Below are positions 32,957 to 36,580 of a DNA stretch of 36,580 nt, piece after piece. Each line of letters starts with the position of its first letter. Position 1 is the stretch's first letter. Origin of the DNA: Actinomycetes bacterium (GTDB lineage: Bacteria; Actinomycetota; Acidimicrobiia; Acidimicrobiales; Bog-793); assembly GCA_021821585.1 (NCBI GenBank), contig JAKACF010000001.1, forward strand, positions 1 to 36,580. The letters are read 5' to 3'. The translations under genes were made by a program, and so were the position numbers. Below the pieces are notes generated by a model. That model made no database searches and was not told where the DNA came from. It saw only the letters and a list, made by a program, of their open reading frames with translations.

Positions 32957-33799
32957 ATGGCCGACTCGTCCGGCGGCCCCGAGCGGCCGATCGGCATCTT
33001 CGACAGCGGCTTCGGGGGCCTGAGCGTCGCCCGTTCCCTCATCGACCTCCTGCCGGAGGAGAACCTCGTCTACGTCGGTGACACCGGTCGCTACCCCTAC
33101 GGCCCGAGGCCGGCCGAGGAGGTGCGCGCCTTCGCCCTCGAGATTGCCGAGCACCTCGTCGGCGAGCTCGGCTGCAAGATGCTGGTGGTGGCGTGCAACA
33201 CGGCGGCCTCGGTCGCCCTCGCCGACGTCGCCGGCCGGTGCGACGTGCCCGTCGTCGGGGTGCTCGAGCCCGGCCTGCGGGCCGCCGCCCAGGCGACTCG
33301 TAACGGGCGGATCGGGATCATCGGCACCGTAGGGACCATCGCCTCGGGCGCCTACCAGCGCCTTGGTGCCGAGATGGCCCCGGACGCGGAGGTGGTCTGC
33401 GCCGCCTGCCCGGGCTTCGTCGAGTTCGTCGAGCGGGGCGAGACCGACAGCGACCAGGTCCACGTCCTCGCCGAGCGCCTGCTCGCTCCCGTGAGGGAGG
33501 CGGGGGTCGACACGCTGCTGCTCGGCTGCACGCACTACCCGTTCCTCGCCCGGACGATCGGCGACGTCATGGGCCGCGACGTCGTCCTCGTCTCGTCGGC
33601 CGACGAGACGGCCTTCGACACCCGGGCGCTCATCGGGCGGGAGGGCATCGCCCGCGAGCGCGGACCGGCGAGCCACCGGTGGTTGTCGTCCGGCGACGTC
33701 GACTGGTTCGTCGAGATGGGACAGCGCCTGCTCGGGCCCGAGCTCGAGTCGGCCGAGAAGCTCGACCTCCCGGCGACCGGGCGACAGACGCCGTGCTAA
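32957..33799 (+). CDS. murI: Glutamate racemase
   Basis: ORF 32957..33799. Motifs: [32 protein letters not shown]. Confidence 0.95.
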   Translation: MADSSGGPERPIGIFDSGFGGLSVARSLIDLLPEENLVYVGDTGRYPYGPRPAEEVRAFALEIAEHLVGELGCKMLVVACNTAASVALADVAGRCDVPVVGVLEPGLRAAAQATRNGRIGIIGTVGTIASGAYQRLGAEMAPDAEVVCAACPGFVEFVERGETDSDQVHVLAERLLAPVREAGVDTLLLGCTHYPFLARTIGDVMGRDVVLVSSADETAFDTRALIGREGIARERGPASHRWLSSGDVDWFVEMGQRLLGPELESAEKLDLPATGRQTPC

Positions 33800-33809
33800 G
33801 CACACGCCC

Positions 33810-34568
33810 ATGACCTCGAGCACCCCCTCACGTCGTGACGGACGCGCCCCGGACGAGCTACGGCCGGTCTCCTTCGAGCGCGACTACACGGAATTCGCCG
33901 CCGGATCGGTTCTCGTCACGATGGGCCGCACCAAGGTGCTCTGCACCGCCTCGGTCGACGAGGACGTGCCGAGGTGGATGCGAGGGACCGGGAAGGGATG
34001 GGTGACGGCCGAGTACTCGCTGCTGCCCGGCTCGTCGCGTGAGCGGGTCAGCAGGGAGGCGGCCAAGGGCCGGCAGTCCGGGCGGACCCACGAGATCCAG
34101 CGGCTCATCGGCCGGTCGCTGCGAGCCGTGTGCGACATGAACGCCCTCGGCGAGCGCCAGGTCGTGCTGGACTGCGACGTCCTGCAGGCCGACGGCGGCA
34201 CGAGGACGGCGTCGATCTCGGGTGCCTACCTCGCCCTGCACGACGCCTGCAGCCGCCTCGTCGCCCAGGGGTCGCTCAGCCGGCACCCCCTCACCGACAC
34301 CTGCGCCGCCATCTCCGTCGGCGTCGTCGGGGCGGTCGCCATGCTCGATCTCGACTACTCCGAGGACTCGACCGCCGAGGTCGACATGAACGTCGTCATG
34401 ACCGGGGCTGGCCGCTACGTCGAGCTCCAGGGGACCGCCGAGGGCCTCGCCTTCAGCCGCGACGAGCTCGAGGAGATGCTGAGGCTGGCCGAGCTCGGCA
34501 TCTCCGAGCTGCACGCGCTGCAGCGGGAGATGGTGTCGGTCCCCCCGGACGCCCGGCCGGTTCCGTGA
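33810..34568 (+). CDS. rph: Ribonuclease PH
   Basis: ORF 33810..34568. Motifs: [76 protein letters not shown]. Confidence 0.95.
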   Translation: MTSSTPSRRDGRAPDELRPVSFERDYTEFAAGSVLVTMGRTKVLCTASVDEDVPRWMRGTGKGWVTAEYSLLPGSSRERVSREAAKGRQSGRTHEIQRLIGRSLRAVCDMNALGERQVVLDCDVLQADGGTRTASISGAYLALHDACSRLVAQGSLSRHPLTDTCAAISVGVVGAVAMLDLDYSEDSTAEVDMNVVMTGAGRYVELQGTAEGLAFSRDELEEMLRLAELGISELHALQREMVSVPPDARPVP

Positions 34569-35200
34569 GCACCAGCTCGTTCGTGCTCGCCACGGCCAAC
34601 CCCGACAAGGCGAGGGAGCTCCGGGCGATCCTCGGGGAGGCGATGGGGCGAGACGTCCGTCTCCTCGGGCGTCCCGCCGAGGTGCCAGAAGTGGACGAGA
34701 CGGGATCCACCCTCGAGGAGAACGCCCGCCTCAAGGCCGTCGCCCTCGTCGAGGCGACCGGAATCGCCGCCATCGCCGACGACACGGGCCTCGAGGTCGC
34801 CGCGCTCGGGGGCGCCCCGGGCGTCTACTCCTCGCGGTATGCCGGCGAGCAGGCGACCTACGCCGACAACGTGGCCAAGCTGCTCGCCGAGCTCGGCGGC
34901 TCGACGGACCGGCGCGCCCGGTTCACCACCGTCGCCCTCGCCCGGTTTCCCGACGGGAGCGAGGTGGTGGCGACCGGCATCGTCGACGGCGAGATCGCCC
35001 TGTCGGCGGTCGGCGCGTCCGGCTTCGGCTACGACCCCGTCTTCGTGCCGACCGAGGGGGACGGGCGGACCTTCGCCGAGATGTCCCCCGAGGAGAAGCA
35101 CGCCCTGTCTCACCGCGGACGTGCCTTCCGAGCCCTCGCCGAGCTGCTCGCCGCCGGCCTGCCCGCTCCGGCGGCCGGGCCGGGGAGACCGGCCCCCTGA
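34565..35200 (+). CDS. rdgB: RdgB/HAM1 family non-canonical purine NTP pyrophosphatase
   Basis: GTG 34565 overlaps the rph stop (GTGA). Motifs: [69 protein letters not shown]. Confidence 0.9.
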   Translation: MSTSSFVLATANPDKARELRAILGEAMGRDVRLLGRPAEVPEVDETGSTLEENARLKAVALVEATGIAAIADDTGLEVAALGGAPGVYSSRYAGEQATYADNVAKLLAELGGSTDRRARFTTVALARFPDGSEVVATGIVDGEIALSAVGASGFGYDPVFVPTEGDGRTFAEMSPEEKHALSHRGRAFRALAELLAAGLPAPAAGPGRPAP

Positions 35201-35309
35201 GAGCGGTGGTCAGGCCGGGGTCGCCGGAGCGGGCAGGCAGGCGTCCGGGAGAGGCGTCGCATCTCGGCACTAGCCTTCTGGCGGTGAGCCGTGACAGTGG
35301 GCGAGCACG

Positions 35310-35822
35310 GTGGCAGTCGACCGCAGCCTGATCGGGAGGTCGACGGGCCGCCGCCGCGTCGTGGTCGAGCGTGGCCCTGTCGCGGTCTTCGCCGAGGCCG
35401 TCAAGGATCCGGACCCCGTCTACCGGGACGCGGCCGCCGCCCGCGAGGCCGGCTTCTCCTCGGTGCCCGTCCCGCCGACCTTCCCCTTCGTCATGGCGCA
35501 CTGGGGTGCCCTCGCCGACCTGCAGGGTGCGGGTTCGGGCGGGGAAGGGGAGGCCGCCCTGCTCGAAGTCCTGGCCCCGCTTCTTCGCGCCGGCGGTCTC
35601 CTCCTCCACGGAGAGCAGGAGTTCGAGTACCACTCGCCCATCCTCGTCGGGGACGTCCTCACCGGGGAGGGCCGCGTCGCCGACGTCTACGAGAAGGAGA
35701 CGCCGGGAGCCACGATGACCTTCGTCGTCACCGAGACGACCTGGCGGCACGACTCGAGTGGCGAGGTGGCCGTGGTGGCACGCTCCAACACCCTCGTGCG
35801 CCTGCCGAGGGCGGGGAGCTGA
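35310..35822 (+). CDS. MaoC-family dehydratase, N-terminal (hot-dog, HadA-like) domain protein
   Basis: GTG 35310. Motifs: FAEAVKDPDPVYRD, PVPPTFPF, LLHGEQEFEYHSPILVGDVLTGEGRVADV. Confidence 0.7.
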   Translation: MAVDRSLIGRSTGRRRVVVERGPVAVFAEAVKDPDPVYRDAAAAREAGFSSVPVPPTFPFVMAHWGALADLQGAGSGGEGEAALLEVLAPLLRAGGLLLHGEQEFEYHSPILVGDVLTGEGRVADVYEKETPGATMTFVVTETTWRHDSSGEVAVVARSNTLVRLPRAGS

Positions 35823-35824
35823 GC

Positions 35825-36580
35825 ATGGACGGCGAGGTCACCCTCGGCATCGACATCGGGACGAGCTCGGTGAAGGCCGTGGTCGCCTCGGCGGACGGGA
35901 CCGTCCTCGCCCGCCGAAAGATCCCGAACCGGATCGGGTTCCCGACCTCCGAGCGGATGGAGCACGACGCCCGCCGGGCGTGGCGGCTCGCACCCCGGCG
36001 GGTCATGAGCGAGCTCGCCCGCCTCAAGGTGCCCGAGCCCTCGGCCATCTGCGTCGCCGGCCTCGTCCCCTCCCTCACGGCCGTCGACCAGCGCGGCGTC
36101 CCCGTCTCGGCCGGCCTGCTCTACGGCGACACCCGCGGCTCGCGACTGTCGAAGGTGTCGACCCTGCCGGTCGGGCGTGCCCCCGAGCTGCTGCGCCAGC
36201 TGGCGGCCGCCGAGCCGGCGGCGGCGGGGTACTGGCCCGTCCAGGCCGTCGCCAACCGCTCCCTCGGCGGTCCGGGGGCCATCGACGTCACGACGGCGCT
36301 CGCCATGGCGCCCCTCTACGACGGAGCGAGCTGGGACCTCGCCGTCTGCGCCGAGGCCGGCTGCCTGCCCGACGCCCTGCCGGAGGTGGCCGGGCTCGGG
36401 GAGCCGATCGGCAAGGTGGGCAGCTCGGTGCTCGCCTCGGGGATCGTCGACACCCTCGCCGAGCAGATCGTCTCGGGCGCCGTCGAGGTTGGCGACGTCC
36501 TCGTCATCTGCGGGACGACGCTCGTCATCTGGATCGTCTCGGACACCTGGAGGGAGGTCCCCGGGCTCTGGACGGTGCCC
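35825..36580 (+). CDS. FGGY-family carbohydrate kinase (xylulokinase-like). Only the N-terminal 252 aa are present; the gene runs off the window.
   Basis: Not in the ORF track because no stop is reached. ATG 35825 gives MDGEVTLGIDIGTSSVKAVVASADGTVLA..., the FGGY N-terminal ATPase motif. The frame stays open to the window end. Confidence 0.7.
   Translation, partial: MDGEVTLGIDIGTSSVKAVVASADGTVLARRKIPNRIGFPTSERMEHDARRAWRLAPRRVMSELARLKVPEPSAICVAGLVPSLTAVDQRGVPVSAGLLYGDTRGSRLSKVSTLPVGRAPELLRQLAAAEPAAAGYWPVQAVANRSLGGPGAIDVTTALAMAPLYDGASWDLAVCAEAGCLPDALPEVAGLGEPIGKVGSSVLASGIVDTLAEQIVSGAVEVGDVLVICGTTLVIWIVSDTWREVPGLWTVP

Noticed and set aside
1-36580. CRISPR arrays, tRNA/rRNA genes, transposases, toxin-antitoxin pairs, or recognisable phage-defence genes.
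   Set aside because: I found none on reading both strands. The only tandem repeat is the 2 x 21 nt unit at 14210-14251, and the only RNA gene I can support is ssrA.

Overview
High-GC (about 70% or more) chromosomal segment. It looks actinobacterial: F420-type enzyme families, mec-cysO-cysM-murI-rph-rdgB synteny as in mycobacteria, many GTG starts, 4-nt GTGA/ATGA start-stop overlaps, and apparently leaderless genes. I support 39 protein-coding genes (2 truncated by the window edges), one tmRNA (ssrA) next to smpB, and several hairpins, promoters and repeats. I saw no rRNA, tRNA, CRISPR array, transposase or integrase. Gene order, left to right: FAD-oxidase (partial) and PhzF-like isomerase; MscS channel; GDPD phosphodiesterase plus a hypothetical; kynureninase; a divergent pair of F420-type enzymes (PPOX-class and Ddn-like); a CaCA cation antiporter; DUF952; cupin; the cydABDC cytochrome bd operon; CsbD; DyP peroxidase; GNAT; a coupled C69/secernin-like Ntn hydrolase and flavin amine oxidase; a SAM methyltransferase, extended AsnB-like amidotransferase, NirJ-like radical SAM/SPASM and DinB string; a cytidylate-kinase-like protein; two regulator-MFS modules (TetR and MarR); ssrA-smpB; the CysO sulfur-carrier cysteine pathway; murI; rph; rdgB; a MaoC-like dehydratase; and an FGGY kinase (partial). 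The best candidate for an undescribed system is the methyltransferase / AsnB-like / radical SAM / DinB cluster at 18.9-24.4 kb, which includes a coding-like stretch in its supposedly intergenic gap. Secondary points of interest are a Shine-Dalgarno-equipped uORF fused by ATGA to the cydA start, a tandem 21-nt dyad repeat upstream of the cyd operon, and a tmRNA with a short hydrophobic predicted tag. All family assignments rest on motif recognition by eye, not on database searches. Many long ORFs in the track are Arg/Pro/Gly-rich off-frame artefacts of high GC and are not reported.
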